Positions 8,869 through 19,411 of a stretch of 64,000 nucleotides of DNA are shown in pieces. Where the stretch lies: positions 449,203 through 513,202 of the forward strand of contig CAVUZL010000014.1 in the NCBI GenBank assembly GCA_963745875.1, given 5' to 3'. A program made the position numbers and the translations under genes. Below the pieces are notes generated by a model. That model did no database searches, was not told where the DNA came from, and worked only from the letters and a program-made list of their open reading frames with translations. This DNA comes from an uncultured Acidobacteriota bacterium. Its GTDB lineage: Bacteria > Acidobacteriota > Vicinamibacteria > Vicinamibacterales > CAVVIG01. Positions within the stretch are counted from its first letter, which is position 1; each line of letters opens with the position of its first letter.

Positions 8869-9140
8869 TTGTTGCCACGGCGCCGCGTGCTAGCTGCTGA
8901 CGATCATCCGAAAATGGCGAAGGGCGTCTGCCGACTGCTGTCGCTGGACTGCGACGTCGTGGGAAGCGTTGCCGATGGAAGCGGCACAACGACTTCAGCC
9001 CGACGTCGTGATGGTCGGTGTGAACCTTCCCGAACGTCGATGGGATCCCGAACGGCACCGAAATTGTGTCAGACCTCTTAATGTCGTCCGATCACTTACG
9101 GCGATCCTGTTCAGACATCATCGGCGGGCAATGTCCCTGA
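8869..9140 (+). pseudogene. decayed CheY-like response regulator (paralog of 254..676 and 25045..25416)
   Basis: RVLAADDHPKMAKGVCRLLSLDCDVVGSVADG is in one frame, EAAQRLQPDVVMVGVNLP in a second, and NVDGIPNGTEIV in a third. About 5 residues are missing after ADG. The phospho-acceptor position reads G (MVGVNLP versus VLDVNLP), and the C-terminal half of the receiver is absent. Confidence 0.75.
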
Positions 9141-9144
9141 AGAC

Positions 9145-9522
9145 TCAACGCTTCGCAGGCTGAAAGAGTTCGATCGGATTGCCGAACGGATCGTCCAGCA
9201 CGATCTGCGAGCCGCCTGGTCCCGTCACGATATCGCTCCGAAACGACAGGCCCGCTGTTCGTAGGCGCTCGACTTCACTCTTCAGGTCTTCGACGATGAG
9301 ATGAATGCGATTCCAACCTCCAGGTACGGGCTTGCGCCCGTCCGGCAAGGGTCGCCCCCCGGAGCTTGTCGGCCCGCTCAAGAGCAACCGCAGGTCGCCT
9401 CGTGCGACATCCGCAAAAGCGGGCAAGGCACTCGTCAAAGAGCTGAAACCAAGATGCGTGGTGTAGAAGGCGATCGCGGCCTCTACATCATCGACGATGT
9501 ACCGGACACTGACCATGGCCAT
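9145..9522 (-). CDS. VOC (glyoxalase/bleomycin-resistance) family protein
   Basis: 125-aa ORF of typical VOC size. It has the pattern VRYIVDDVEAAIAFYTTHLGF ... IHLIVEDLKSEVERL ... DPFGNPIELF. Confidence 0.8.
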   Translation of the reverse strand: MAMVSVRYIVDDVEAAIAFYTTHLGFSSLTSALPAFADVARGDLRLLLSGPTSSGGRPLPDGRKPVPGGWNRIHLIVEDLKSEVERLRTAGLSFRSDIVTGPGGSQIVLDDPFGNPIELFQPAKR

Positions 9523-9622
9523 GGGGTCTCCTTAGAATTCACGACGAAATCAGGCGCTTTGACTTTGCCTGGCATTGCAGATAGCCTCTAATTCCGATAT
9601 CGAGTTTAGATTACGAATTTCG

Positions 9623-9928
9623 ATGATAGACCGCAACCTCTACTCTGGATTCATCCGGCTTCACATCCTCCATCACGCTGCGGAGGGTCCGATCTTCGGC
9701 CAGGCGATGATCGACGAGCTTGGCCGGCATGGACATCGACTCAGCGCCGGCACGCTTTATCCGATCCTGCACAGCATGGAGCGACAGGGGTACCTGCGAT
9801 CCCGCCTGACCCTCAATGCCGGCCGCAACCGGCGGGAGTATCGAGCGACGCCTGCCGGCCGAAAGGCGCTGGCGATCGGCCGTCAACGGGTACGGGAGTT
9901 GTTCGGCGAAATGTTCGAGCACGAGTGA
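9623..9928 (+). CDS. PadR family transcriptional regulator
   Basis: LHILHHAAEGPIFGQAMIDEL ... SAGTLYPILHSMERQGYL ... REYRATPAGRKAL. Start taken at ATG 9623. The stop overlaps the GTG/ATG start of the TolC-like gene. Confidence 0.85.
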   Translation: MIDRNLYSGFIRLHILHHAAEGPIFGQAMIDELGRHGHRLSAGTLYPILHSMERQGYLRSRLTLNAGRNRREYRATPAGRKALAIGRQRVRELFGEMFEHE

Positions 9929-11371
9929 TGGCCGTTGAACGGGCTCGCTTGATGCGATCGGCCGCGCGGATACTCGCGATCGTGACGGTGATGTGTCCCG
10001 CGGTGGCGTCAGCGCAGGGAACGCTGACGCCACCACAGCCGCTGCCACCGGCGAGTCTGACACTGGAGCAGGCGCTCCAGTACGCGGTCGATCACTATCC
10101 AACGGTGCGGGCCGCGCTCGAGCAGGTCAATGTATCAACCGCCAGCGTCAGCGTGGCGCAATCCGCGTATCTGGCCGCGGCTCGATTCGCTCTGGCAGTC
10201 GAACCGAGGCACGGTCAACAACATCTTCGGCCAGGTGCTTCCGCAGTCGGTGATCCCCGCGATGTCCGGTCCGGTCCTGACGTCAGCGTCCAGCGGCAGC
10301 GTCTGGGGAAGCGCGACAGGCGCGCTCTTTTCATGGGAGCCGTTCGACTTCGGCCTTCGTCACGCCGGCGTCGCCAGTGCCGAAGCGGCGGTGGCTCGTG
10401 CGCGGGCGGACGAAGAACTGACGCGCCTCGACGTCCAGATGGCTGTCGGCACCGCCTTCCTCAACATCGTCGGGGCTCAACGCGCGGTGGCCGCGCTGCA
10501 GGCCGATGTCGACCGACGGAACCTCCTGGTCCGCGCGGTCCATACCCTTGTGGATAACCAGTTGCGGGCTGGGGCCGAGGCGTCCCGCACCGACGCGGAG
10601 CTTGCCGCCGCGCGCACGCGACTCATCCAGGCCCAGCAGGCCGTGACACTGGCGCAGATTACGCTGGCGCGCGTTTTAGGAACGACTGCCGCCGTCACCA
10701 TCGATCCGACGACGCTGGTCGATCGACTTCCAGGCGATGCGCCCACAGCCCCTTCGACGACGCATCCGCTCACGCAGGTCCGCCAAGCGGCCGTCGACCT
10801 CGCGCGCGCACAGGAAGACGTGCTGTCGCGAACGGATTGGCCACGCGTCTATTTTCAGTCGAGTGTATTCGCGCGTGGCAGTGGGGCGAACCCGAATGGC
10901 CAGCTCGATGGTGGCGTCTCGGGGCTCGGTCTGGACCGCGCCAACTGGGCAGCCGGCGTGCAGGTGGTGTTTCCCAACGCCTTCGACTTCTCGAACCTGC
11001 ATGCTCGAAAGGCAGCGGCCGCCGCAACGGCGCGAGCAGAAACGGCGCTCTATGACGAGGCGATGCTGACGGTGACCAGCGAGCAGCAGGCGGCCGCTGC
11101 GATGGTCGAGGCGACTCGTGCCGTTGCAGCAAACACTCCGGTGCAACTCGCCGCCGCGCGGCAAAGCGAAGCGCAAGCCACCGCGCGCTATCAGGCAGGG
11201 CTGGCGAGCATCGTTGAAGTGGCCGATGCGCAGGGGCTGCTCGCGCAAGCCGAAGTGCAGGACCAGCTCGCGCGGATCGACGTATGGCGGGCGCTGCTGG
11301 CGCAAGCGGCCGCTCGAGGCACGTTGACGCCGTTTCTCACCTTGGTAAACCCGTCCGCAGGAGTGCGCTGA
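9925..11371 (+). CDS. TolC-family outer-membrane efflux protein, interrupted by one +1 frameshift near 10174
   Basis: The frame starting at 9925 carries the signal peptide and LTLEQALQYAVDHYPTVRAALEQVNVSTASVSVAQSAYL. The sequence continues seamlessly in the ORF 10130..11371 frame as PRLDSLWQSNRGT.... The local DNA reads tat ctg g ccg cgg. Start-to-stop length is 3n+1. Confidence 0.85.
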
Positions 11372-11374
11372 CCG

Positions 11375-14300
11375 ATGTGGCTGATCCGCGCGGCGCTGCG
11401 TCGACCCATCAGCGTCCTGGTCGCGGTCATCGCGGTCGCGCTGACGGCGGTGTTTGCGGTGAGCCGAATGAGGGCGGATATTTTTCCGGATCTCGATCTG
11501 CCGGTCATCTACGTCGCGCAGCCCTACGGCGGGATGAGCCCAGCTCAGATGGAGGGGTACATCACCTATTACTACGAGTACCACTTCCTCTACGTCAACG
11601 GCATCGAGAGCGTCGAGTCCAAGTCGATCCAGAACACCAGCCTGTTGAAGCTGACGTTTCATCCCGGGACCGACATGGCGGAAGCGCTCGCGCAGACCAT
11701 CGGCTACGTCAATCGCGCGCGCGCCTTCATGCCACCCGGCACCGTCGGCCCGTTCATCATGCGCTTCGATGCCGGGACCGTTCCCGTCGGCTACCTGGTC
11801 TTCTCCAGTGACAGCCGCAGCCTCGGCGAGATTCAGGACCTGGCGCTCAACCGTGTGCGACCGCAGTTCGCCACGCTGCCAGGCCTGACCTCGCCGCCGC
11901 CGTTCGGCGGCAGCCAGCGAACCATCGTGATCCGCGTGGATCCGGATCGGCTCCGGTCGTACAGCATGTCGCCGGACGAAGTGATCCGCGCGGTGACGTC
12001 CGGCAACGTCATCATGCCGTCTGGCAGCGTCAACATCGGCGATGAAACGCGTATCTCGGCGATGAACTCCGTGGTCTCGAACATCGACGATCTGCTGGAC
12101 CTCCCGATTCGCACGGGGACAGGACCGCCGGTGTCCATTCGTGACGTTGGCAGCGTCAGCGACAGCACCGACATCCCGACCGCGTACGCCCTGGTCAACG
12201 GCCGGCGCGCCGTCTACATTCCCGTGACCAAGCGCCCGAACGCTTCAACGTTGGATGTGGTGCGCGAGGTCAGAACGAACCTCGGTCGCTTTCAGGCGTT
12301 GGTGCCCGACGATATCAAGGTCAGTTACGAACTGGATCAGTCGCGCAACGTTTCGGCGTCGCTGCAGGCGGTGCTGCGCGAAGCGGCGCTCGGCGCGTTC
12401 CTGACGGGGCTGATGGTGCTCCTGTTTCTGCGCGACTGGCGGAGTGCCGGCATCGTCGTCGTGACGATTCCATTCGCACTGCTTGCCGCCGTGATCGCGT
12501 TGTGGGGAGCAGGGCAGACCATCAATGTCATGACGCTCGGAGGCCTGGCGCTGGCGGTCGGCATTCTGGTCGACGAAGCCACCGTCGCCATCGAGAACAT
12601 CCACACGCATCTCGCGCGTGGCGTGCCCGTAGCTGAAGGCGTGCTGGACGCGAGCCACGAAGTCGTCGTCCCGCGACTCCTGGCCATGCTCTCGGTCGTG
12701 GCCGTGTTCGTCCCGTCGTTCTTCATGACCGGGGTCTCGCGCTCACTGTTCGTGCCGCTCTCGCTCGCCGTAGGCTTCTCGATGATCGCGTCATTCCTGC
12801 TCTCGAGTTCTCTCGTGCCGGTGCTGTCCGTCTGGCTGCTCGGAAGCCGTAGCGCATCTGGTAAGGAGAGCCACGCGGGGGATTGGGTCGATCGGCTGCG
12901 CAATCTCCTGGGACGGCTCCTGGAGCGTGTCGCTCCGGTTCGCTGGATCCTCGTGACCCTCTACGCCGCCGTCACCATCGGCGTCGTCGTGGCGGTTGGT
13001 CTGACGCTCGGGCGTGAGATCTTTCCGGCGGGGGACGTGAGCCAGTTCCAGCTGCGTGTCCGCGCACCAGCCGGCACCAAGTTCGAATCCACCGAACGGT
13101 TGGCCACTGACGTACTCGAGGAGATCAAACAGGCGGCGGGTCCGGACAATGTCGCAATCACGCTGGGGTATGTCGGGGTCCAGCCGTCTTCTTATCCCAT
13201 CAACACGATCTTTCTGTGGACCGGTGGCTCGCACGAAGGGGTGCTGCAGGTCGCGTTGAAGCCGCAAGCCGGCATTCAACTCATACCGTTTGAGGAAACG
13301 CTGCGACGACGATTCAAAGCGCGGTTTCCGACGGCGCAGTTTTCGTTCGAGCCTGGTGACATCGTCAACCGGATCATGAACTTTGGGACGTCGACCCCGG
13401 TCGACGTCGCGATCACAGGCCCTGACTTCCCGGCCAGCCGGACGTTTGCCGCCAAGGTCCGAGACGAGCTTGGGCGCATTCCCGCGCTTCGCGATTTGCA
13501 ATACGGCCAGGCGCTCGACTACCCCGCGATCCAGGTCGACGTGAACCGTCAGATGGCGGGGCAACTGGGTGTCACGGTCGACCAGGTCGGGCGCTCGTTT
13601 GCCGCCGCGACCTCGTCCAGCCGCTTCGTCGCGCCGAACTATTGGGCAGATCCGCGCACAGGCATCGCGTTTCAGGTGCAGATTGAAGTTCCCCAACCGC
13701 GCACGACCAGTCTCGAGGATCTCCGCGTGATTCCGGTGAGCGCCGAACGCGGCTCGCACGCACTGCTCGGGGATGTCGCGACGATTGGGAACGCCACGAT
13801 TGTGGGCGAGTACGACCGGATCAACGGTCAACGGATGGTCACGCTGACGGCGAACGTCGCCGGGCAAGACCTGGGACGGACCGTCGGCCAGGTCGATCAG
13901 GCGATCGCACGTGCGGGCACGCCTCCACGCGGTGCGTCTGTGACCGTCCGAGGGCAGATCGGCGCCATGCGCGAGACCTTCACGAACATCACGGCCGGTC
14001 TCGTGGTCGCGGTTGTCGTCATCTTTCTGCTGCTGGCGGCAAATTTTCAGTCGCTGCGTCTGGCGTTCGTCGTCGTCTCGACCGTGCCCGCGGTGCTGAT
14101 GGGCGTGGTCGTGGCGCTGGCGATCACGCGCACGACGCTCAACGTTCAGTCGTTCATGGGCGCGATCATGGCGATCGGTGTTGCCGTCGCGAACGCTATC
14201 CTGCTGGTGACATTTGCCGAGCAGTCGCGCGGCCACGGCACATCGCCGCTGCAGACTGCGATCGACGCGGCACGCGCTCGCATGCGGCCCGTCTTGATGA

Positions 14301-14536
14301 CGAGTGCCGCGATGATTGCCGGCATGATTCCGATGGCGCTCGCGTTGGGTGAGGGTGCGGAGACCACGGCGCCGCTCGGTCGTGCTGTGATTGGCGGGCT
14401 CGCCGCCGCTACGGTGGCGACTCTAATCGTCCTGCCCTCTGTGTATTCACTGGTGCAGCGGTCGGCGCGGGTTGGATCCCCGTCCATGGATCCCGATGAT
14501 CCAGCGAGTGCATATCGTCGACGGGTAGCGGTATGA
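11375..14536 (+). CDS. RND efflux transporter permease (AcrB/CzcA superfamily)
   Basis: 1053-aa ORF with a 12-TM architecture and two large periplasmic loops. The N-terminus [23 protein letters not shown] is typical. It lies between the TolC-like and adaptor genes. Confidence 0.93.
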   Translation: MWLIRAALRRPISVLVAVIAVALTAVFAVSRMRADIFPDLDLPVIYVAQPYGGMSPAQMEGYITYYYEYHFLYVNGIESVESKSIQNTSLLKLTFHPGTDMAEALAQTIGYVNRARAFMPPGTVGPFIMRFDAGTVPVGYLVFSSDSRSLGEIQDLALNRVRPQFATLPGLTSPPPFGGSQRTIVIRVDPDRLRSYSMSPDEVIRAVTSGNVIMPSGSVNIGDETRISAMNSVVSNIDDLLDLPIRTGTGPPVSIRDVGSVSDSTDIPTAYALVNGRRAVYIPVTKRPNASTLDVVREVRTNLGRFQALVPDDIKVSYELDQSRNVSASLQAVLREAALGAFLTGLMVLLFLRDWRSAGIVVVTIPFALLAAVIALWGAGQTINVMTLGGLALAVGILVDEATVAIENIHTHLARGVPVAEGVLDASHEVVVPRLLAMLSVVAVFVPSFFMTGVSRSLFVPLSLAVGFSMIASFLLSSSLVPVLSVWLLGSRSASGKESHAGDWVDRLRNLLGRLLERVAPVRWILVTLYAAVTIGVVVAVGLTLGREIFPAGDVSQFQLRVRAPAGTKFESTERLATDVLEEIKQAAGPDNVAITLGYVGVQPSSYPINTIFLWTGGSHEGVLQVALKPQAGIQLIPFEETLRRRFKARFPTAQFSFEPGDIVNRIMNFGTSTPVDVAITGPDFPASRTFAAKVRDELGRIPALRDLQYGQALDYPAIQVDVNRQMAGQLGVTVDQVGRSFAAATSSSRFVAPNYWADPRTGIAFQVQIEVPQPRTTSLEDLRVIPVSAERGSHALLGDVATIGNATIVGEYDRINGQRMVTLTANVAGQDLGRTVGQVDQAIARAGTPPRGASVTVRGQIGAMRETFTNITAGLVVAVVVIFLLLAANFQSLRLAFVVVSTVPAVLMGVVVALAITRTTLNVQSFMGAIMAIGVAVANAILLVTFAEQSRGHGTSPLQTAIDAARARMRPVLMTSAAMIAGMIPMALALGEGAETTAPLGRAVIGGLAAATVATLIVLPSVYSLVQRSARVGSPSMDPDDPASAYRRRVAV

Positions 14537-15708
14537 GGAAGCAGAGGAATTTCCTACGCGTACGAGCCGCGATCGGCGGGCTCTCGTTGCTCGCGCTCGC
14601 GGGGTGCCGCGGCAATGCGCCGGCCCAGACCACCGAGAGGGCGGCGACGACTGGACCACCAACCGTCGACGTGGTCAAAGTCGTCGAACAGCCGCTCGAC
14701 GTGACGTTGTCGCTCCCTGGCGAGCTGACGCCCTACCAGACGGTCGCGCTGTATTCGCGGGTCACGGGCTTCGTGAAGAGCATCACGGTGGATCGCGGTT
14801 CGCGCGTCCGGGCGGGCCAGCAACTGGCCACACTCGAGGCGCCGGAACTCGCCGCACAACGGTCAGAGGCGCAATCGAAGCTCCAGAGCGCGGAGGCACA
14901 ACTCGCGGCGATCCGCGCGAAAGCCGACGCGAGCGCAAGCACGTACGAGAAGCTGAAAGCAGCGTCCGCCACGCCAGGTGTCGTCGCCGGCAACGACGTC
15001 GTCCTCGCGCAAAAGGCGGTCGAAGCCGATCAGAGTCAAATCTCGGCCGCTCTGCAGAACGTCGAGGCGGCGCGCCAGGCGCTGGCCTCGGTCAGCGACA
15101 TCGAAGGGTATCTTCGGATCACCGCCCCGTTCAGCGGCGTCGTGACCGAACGTAACGTGCATCCGGGAGCACTCGTCGGTCCGACAGGTGGACCAGGCAC
15201 TTCGTTACCGATCGTTCGAATCGTCGAGAGCAATCGACTGCGGCTCGTGATTCCCGTACCCGAGGCGTACACCGCCGGCGTGACGAACGGCACGTCTATC
15301 ACATTCACGATTTCTGCCTACCCTGGACAGACGTTCACCGGCGTTGTGTCACGGATTTCTCAGGCAGTCGACGTCACCACCCGAACCATGGCTGTCGAAC
15401 TGGACGTGAACAACGCAGACGGCCGACTTGCGCCTGGCACGTTCACACAGGTCAAGTGGCCTGTACGCCGTACGGCGCCGTCACTCCTAGTGCCAGCTGG
15501 CAGCGTGGCCAGCACCACGGGGCGCACGTTTGTCATCCGCGTACGAGGCGGGCGCACCGAATGGGTCGATGTCAAGACTGGGCTCACGTCCGGTCCGTTA
15601 GTGGAAGTCTTCGGCGATCTCAAACCCGGCGATGAGGTCGCGGCTCGAGGCACCGACGAACTCAAGGCCGGCGCGTCCGTCCTAGTCAAACAAGCGAAGC
15701 CCGCGTAG
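14533..15708 (+). CDS. RND efflux periplasmic adaptor (membrane fusion protein)
   Basis: Lipoprotein-like signal (LLALAGC), a coiled-coil hairpin ([19 protein letters not shown] ... [10 protein letters not shown]) and beta-barrel motifs ([17 protein letters not shown]). It has a 4-nt ATGA overlap with the RND gene. Confidence 0.9.
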   Translation: MRKQRNFLRVRAAIGGLSLLALAGCRGNAPAQTTERAATTGPPTVDVVKVVEQPLDVTLSLPGELTPYQTVALYSRVTGFVKSITVDRGSRVRAGQQLATLEAPELAAQRSEAQSKLQSAEAQLAAIRAKADASASTYEKLKAASATPGVVAGNDVVLAQKAVEADQSQISAALQNVEAARQALASVSDIEGYLRITAPFSGVVTERNVHPGALVGPTGGPGTSLPIVRIVESNRLRLVIPVPEAYTAGVTNGTSITFTISAYPGQTFTGVVSRISQAVDVTTRTMAVELDVNNADGRLAPGTFTQVKWPVRRTAPSLLVPAGSVASTTGRTFVIRVRGGRTEWVDVKTGLTSGPLVEVFGDLKPGDEVAARGTDELKAGASVLVKQAKPA

Positions 15709-15742
15709 CAGACTTCGCGACCGTTGGAGACGAGAGGTATCT

Positions 15743-16171
15743 ATGAAACGAACATTCGCTATGATTCTCGCCGCCTTGGCTGCTGCCGTTCTGTTCGTGG
15801 GGCTTGTGCATGCCGTGCTGGTGGTCGCGCATGTTTCCGAGCCAGCCGCCACCACGGTTTACGGCCTGACTCTCCGGCGACTCTGGGCCACCGCCGCTGC
15901 TGCGGTGGCACTGGTCGGCGTGGTCATCGGTGGGCTTGCGCTGGCCCGCTCCGCCAGTCGTTTCGGCCCCACACCCGGGCGCCTCGGAGCCATCGTGGCC
16001 CTGGCGGCAGGACTCATCGCCGTGGTCAATGGCGGGCTGAATTTGGCCATGGCCAACGGCGGCCCCGGTACCGGCAATGGAGTGATCGGAGGCGCAGCGG
16101 CGTTCGTGTTGGGGCTGATCGCTGTGGCTCTCGGCGGTCTCGCTCAGGTCCGTTTGCGACGCACCCCTTGA
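15743..16171 (+). CDS. hypothetical small integral membrane protein (about 4 TM, Gly/Ala-rich)
   Basis: 142-aa ORF made of four hydrophobic segments. A GAGAGG motif sits 7 nt upstream of the ATG. Confidence 0.6.
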   Translation: MKRTFAMILAALAAAVLFVGLVHAVLVVAHVSEPAATTVYGLTLRRLWATAAAAVALVGVVIGGLALARSASRFGPTPGRLGAIVALAAGLIAVVNGGLNLAMANGGPGTGNGVIGGAAAFVLGLIAVALGGLAQVRLRRTP

Positions 16172-16408
16172 GCCTGGGCAAATGACGTGAACTCCGCGCC
16201 GCTGTTGGGTTCCGCTCGTTCAGGTAGGTGATCCCCTCGGCGATGCAGGCGATCACCTCTTCGGAGTAGGTAGCGCAAAGTCAAACCGCTATTCTCCCGT
16301 GCTTCGACCGTCGAGCAGAATTTTCGGAAACGATGTCGATTTCCGGCAAGCTCGTTCGACGTCCTGATAAGACGCCAAATTCGGCGGGCTCAAACAAGGA
16401 GACAGACG

Positions 16409-16840
16409 ATGCGGGTGATGGTGTTCGCAAAAGCTACCGAGGGCATGACATTAGGCGAGCCGACGCCGGAGGCGCTCGAGGCGTTCGCTGCGATGGACCG
16501 GTTCACCGAGGAGCTGGTCAAGGCTGGCGTCTTCGTGGCCGCCGCCGGGCTCAAGAACGACGCCCAGTCCAAGCGCATCGTCTCTGATCGCTCCAGTCGC
16601 ACAGTCATCGATGGGCCGTTCGCCGAGAGCCGCGAGCTGATCGTGGGCTTCTCGATCTGGGAGGTCAAGGACATGGACGAGGCGATGGCCTGGGCGAAGC
16701 GCTCTCCTGTCATGCCGGGCATGAAGACCGAGATGGAAATCCGACCATTCTACGAGGCGGCGGATCTGGCCGACTTTGTGTCGCCCGAGGAGCTCTCGGC
16801 GCCCCGTGACGGGGAGCGCGGCAAACTCGGCGTCGCCTGA
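16409..16840 (+). CDS. YciI-family (DGPF-type) protein
   Basis: VKAGVFVAAAGL ... VIDGPFAESRELIVGFSIWEVKDMDEAMAWAKR. An AAGGAG RBS lies upstream. As far as I recall, this family is typically paired with the sigma factor type found downstream. Confidence 0.8.
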   Translation: MRVMVFAKATEGMTLGEPTPEALEAFAAMDRFTEELVKAGVFVAAAGLKNDAQSKRIVSDRSSRTVIDGPFAESRELIVGFSIWEVKDMDEAMAWAKRSPVMPGMKTEMEIRPFYEAADLADFVSPEELSAPRDGERGKLGVA

Positions 16841-16882
16841 TACCGTCTTGTCTCGCCTGCGGCCCTTCGCCGAAAATGCGGT

Positions 16883-18148
16883 GTGACCGCAGGCGAGACA
16901 CATCAGGCGATCGAAGCGACCTTCCGCATTGAACGCGCCAGGCTGATCGGGGGCCTGGCCCGCATGGTCCGGAACGTCGACGTTGCCGAGGAGCTGGCGC
17001 AGGACGCGCTGGTCATCGCCCTGTCCGAGTGGCCGAAGACCGGCGTTCCCGACAATCCCGGGGCCTGGCTGATGGCCGTCGCCAAACGGCGGGCCGTGGA
17101 CACCTTCCGGCATGACAAGATGCGCGAGCGCAAGCACGAAGAAATCGCGCGGACGCTGGACGAGAGGCGCGACGGCTCGGCTGAGGCGATCGAGGCGGCC
17201 ATCGACGATGACCTCGGCGACGAGCTGCTCGGCCTCATCTTCACGGCCTGCCACCCCATCCTGTCGCCCGACGCCCGCGCGGCGCTCACGCTCAAGATCG
17301 TCGGCGGCCTGACGACCGACGAGATCGCGCGCGCCTTCCTGTCGAGCGAAGCCACGATCGCGCAGCGCATCGTCCGCGCGAAGAAAGCGATCGCGAAGGC
17401 AGGATTGGCCTTCGAGGTGCCGCGCGGGGCCGAGCGGACGGCGCGGCTGTCTTCAGTGCTCGAGGTCGTCTACCTGATCTTCAACGAAGGCTATGCGGCG
17501 ACGGCGGGTGACGACCTTGTCCGGCCGGGTCTGGCCCAGGAGGCGCTGCGGCTTGGCCGAATACTGGCGGCGCTGATGCCCGAGGACGCCGAGGTGCTCG
17601 GTCTCCAGGCGTTGATGGAGATCCACGCGTCGCGCCTCGGGGCGCGTACCGGGCCGGACGGCGCCTCCATACCGCTGACCGAGCAGGATCGCGCACGCTG
17701 GGATCATCTGCTGATCCGCCGGGGCCTCGATGCGCTGGCTCGCGCCGAAGCGCTGGGCGGCGACGGCCCCTATGTGCTGCAAGCCGGGCTCGCGGCGTGC
17801 CACGCTCGCGCGCGCCAGGCCGCCGATACCGACTGGCCGCGCATCGCCGCGCTCTATGACCGGCTGCGCGTCGTCGCGCCCTCGCCCGTGATCGATCTCA
17901 ATCGCGCGATCGCCCACAGCATGGCCTTCGGGCCCGAAGCGGGCCTCAGACTGCTGGACGAGATCGCCGACGCCGACGCCCTGCGCGGCTACGCGCCATT
18001 GCCGGCGGCGAGGGGCGACTTTCTGTTCCGGTCCGGTCGTCTGACCGAGGCGCGTTCAGAATTCGAGGCTGCGGCCGCGCTGACCCGCAACGCGCGGGAA
18101 AGAGCATTTCTCCTCGCACGGGTTGACGCCTGCGACGGCACGCACTGA
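16883..18148 (+). CDS. ECF-type RNA polymerase sigma factor with long C-terminal extension
   Basis: Sigma region 2 (VDVAEELAQDALVIALSEWP ... NPGAWLMAVAKRRAVD) and region 4 (LKIVGGLTTDEIARAFLSSEATIAQRIVRAKK), plus a helical C-terminal domain of about 230 aa. GTG start. Confidence 0.88.
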   Translation: MTAGETHQAIEATFRIERARLIGGLARMVRNVDVAEELAQDALVIALSEWPKTGVPDNPGAWLMAVAKRRAVDTFRHDKMRERKHEEIARTLDERRDGSAEAIEAAIDDDLGDELLGLIFTACHPILSPDARAALTLKIVGGLTTDEIARAFLSSEATIAQRIVRAKKAIAKAGLAFEVPRGAERTARLSSVLEVVYLIFNEGYAATAGDDLVRPGLAQEALRLGRILAALMPEDAEVLGLQALMEIHASRLGARTGPDGASIPLTEQDRARWDHLLIRRGLDALARAEALGGDGPYVLQAGLAACHARARQAADTDWPRIAALYDRLRVVAPSPVIDLNRAIAHSMAFGPEAGLRLLDEIADADALRGYAPLPAARGDFLFRSGRLTEARSEFEAAAALTRNARERAFLLARVDACDGTH

Positions 18149-18184
18149 ATCCCGTTTTCAAGGCGCCGCCGACGCGACCCGACT

Positions 18185-19243
18185 TCAGAACTTGAAGCCG
18201 AAAGAATTCGACCAGCCGTAGTCGTTCTGGGAAAAGCCCTGCGGCGGTTTGTTGTCGTAGTTGTCGAAGAAGCCAATGCGGAAATACCAATCGCCGGGAA
18301 GGTTGAAGTCCAGGTCGAACCGATAGGTCAGGCGGTACCTCCCGGAAATCGTCAGGCTGGGATAGTAGGTGAACCGCGTGATGAAGTCGGTGATCTTCAC
18401 CTTTTCGGTCATGAACTCGGTCGAGAGATACGCCTCGGCCGAGTTCTTGGTCGGCAACGTCGGCTCAGTGTAGTTCTCGTTGGTCCAGGCCAGGCCGCCG
18501 CCAGCTGCCAGGTACTGCGACGCCGAGCGCGTCAGGTATCGACCGCCGCCGCCGCCGATGGTCGTCCGCAGGTCCAGGCCCTGTTCCTCGCTGTTCAGAA
18601 ATTCCTGTGTGGTGTTGACGTACCAGCGACTGCCCAGGAAGCGGCGGAAGTCATTCCCGAGATCCCAGCGCTGCGTGTCCGGTGCGTTGTCCTGAGAGCT
18701 CCTGAAGACGGTGGCAAACAACACATCGTAGTAGTGCTCGTCCCGGTAGGAGAGGTTCGACCCGAGCGAAAGTTGTTTGGCCGAGTTGGTGCGCGTCATG
18801 CTGTAGCCGAAGTCCAGCGCCGCGTCGAACCGCGACCAGAAGTTGCGTTCGAACGGGAGCACCGCCGATACCTCCGCCAGGGGTACGCTCGTCCCATCGA
18901 CCAGCACAACGGCCTTGGTGTTCGGATCCGGCTTCAACGAACCTGACAGGCGCCTGCCGTCGAATGTCTCCACCAGGAACTGGCGGCTGCTTTCAAGCGA
19001 CACCACCTTGTCCCACTCGATCTTGAAATCGACATCCGAGTAGCCGGTGGAGAACGTCAGCACGTCCTTCTCGACGCGAATGATCTCTCCAACCAGCCGG
19101 TCACCCGTGGTGGTGACCACCACGTCCTGAGCCGCGTACGCCATCGTGGAATGACCCAGAAAGACCACAGTCGATGCGACGACTACTCCAGTCCTCGCGA
19201 CCATCGAGATCCACCCTCCGCGGGGTCGCCATGCGCTGATCAT
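18185..19243 (-). CDS. DUF481-like outer-membrane beta-barrel protein
   Basis: Signal peptide, an N-terminal TTGDRLVGEIIRVEKDVLTF module, alternating beta-strand pattern and a C-terminal ...NSFGFKF. The signal peptide may begin at the Met near 19204. Confidence 0.7.
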   Translation of the reverse strand: MISAWRPRGGWISMVARTGVVVASTVVFLGHSTMAYAAQDVVVTTTGDRLVGEIIRVEKDVLTFSTGYSDVDFKIEWDKVVSLESSRQFLVETFDGRRLSGSLKPDPNTKAVVLVDGTSVPLAEVSAVLPFERNFWSRFDAALDFGYSMTRTNSAKQLSLGSNLSYRDEHYYDVLFATVFRSSQDNAPDTQRWDLGNDFRRFLGSRWYVNTTQEFLNSEEQGLDLRTTIGGGGGRYLTRSASQYLAAGGGLAWTNENYTEPTLPTKNSAEAYLSTEFMTEKVKITDFITRFTYYPSLTISGRYRLTYRFDLDFNLPGDWYFRIGFFDNYDNKPPQGFSQNDYGWSNSFGFKF

Positions 19244-19411
19244 TTCGGTCCTCCCAGACGAGACGCGCCTCGTGCGTCTGACAGACCGATATTCAGGATG
19301 ACCGCGCGCTTACACGCTATGCGGATTCGGCACAAGCCGCGTCGGGGCCTTCGGGTGCACCCGGACGCGCTCGGATCGAGCGGTCAGCTCGCCGGGCTGC
19401 GCAAGACCGGT

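Noticed and set aside
16300-16408. ECF-type promoter (GGAAAC ... CGTT/CGTC) upstream of the YciI/sigma pair
   Set aside because: The spacing between the candidate -35 and -10 words does not fit the usual 16-17 nt, so the match is no better than chance.
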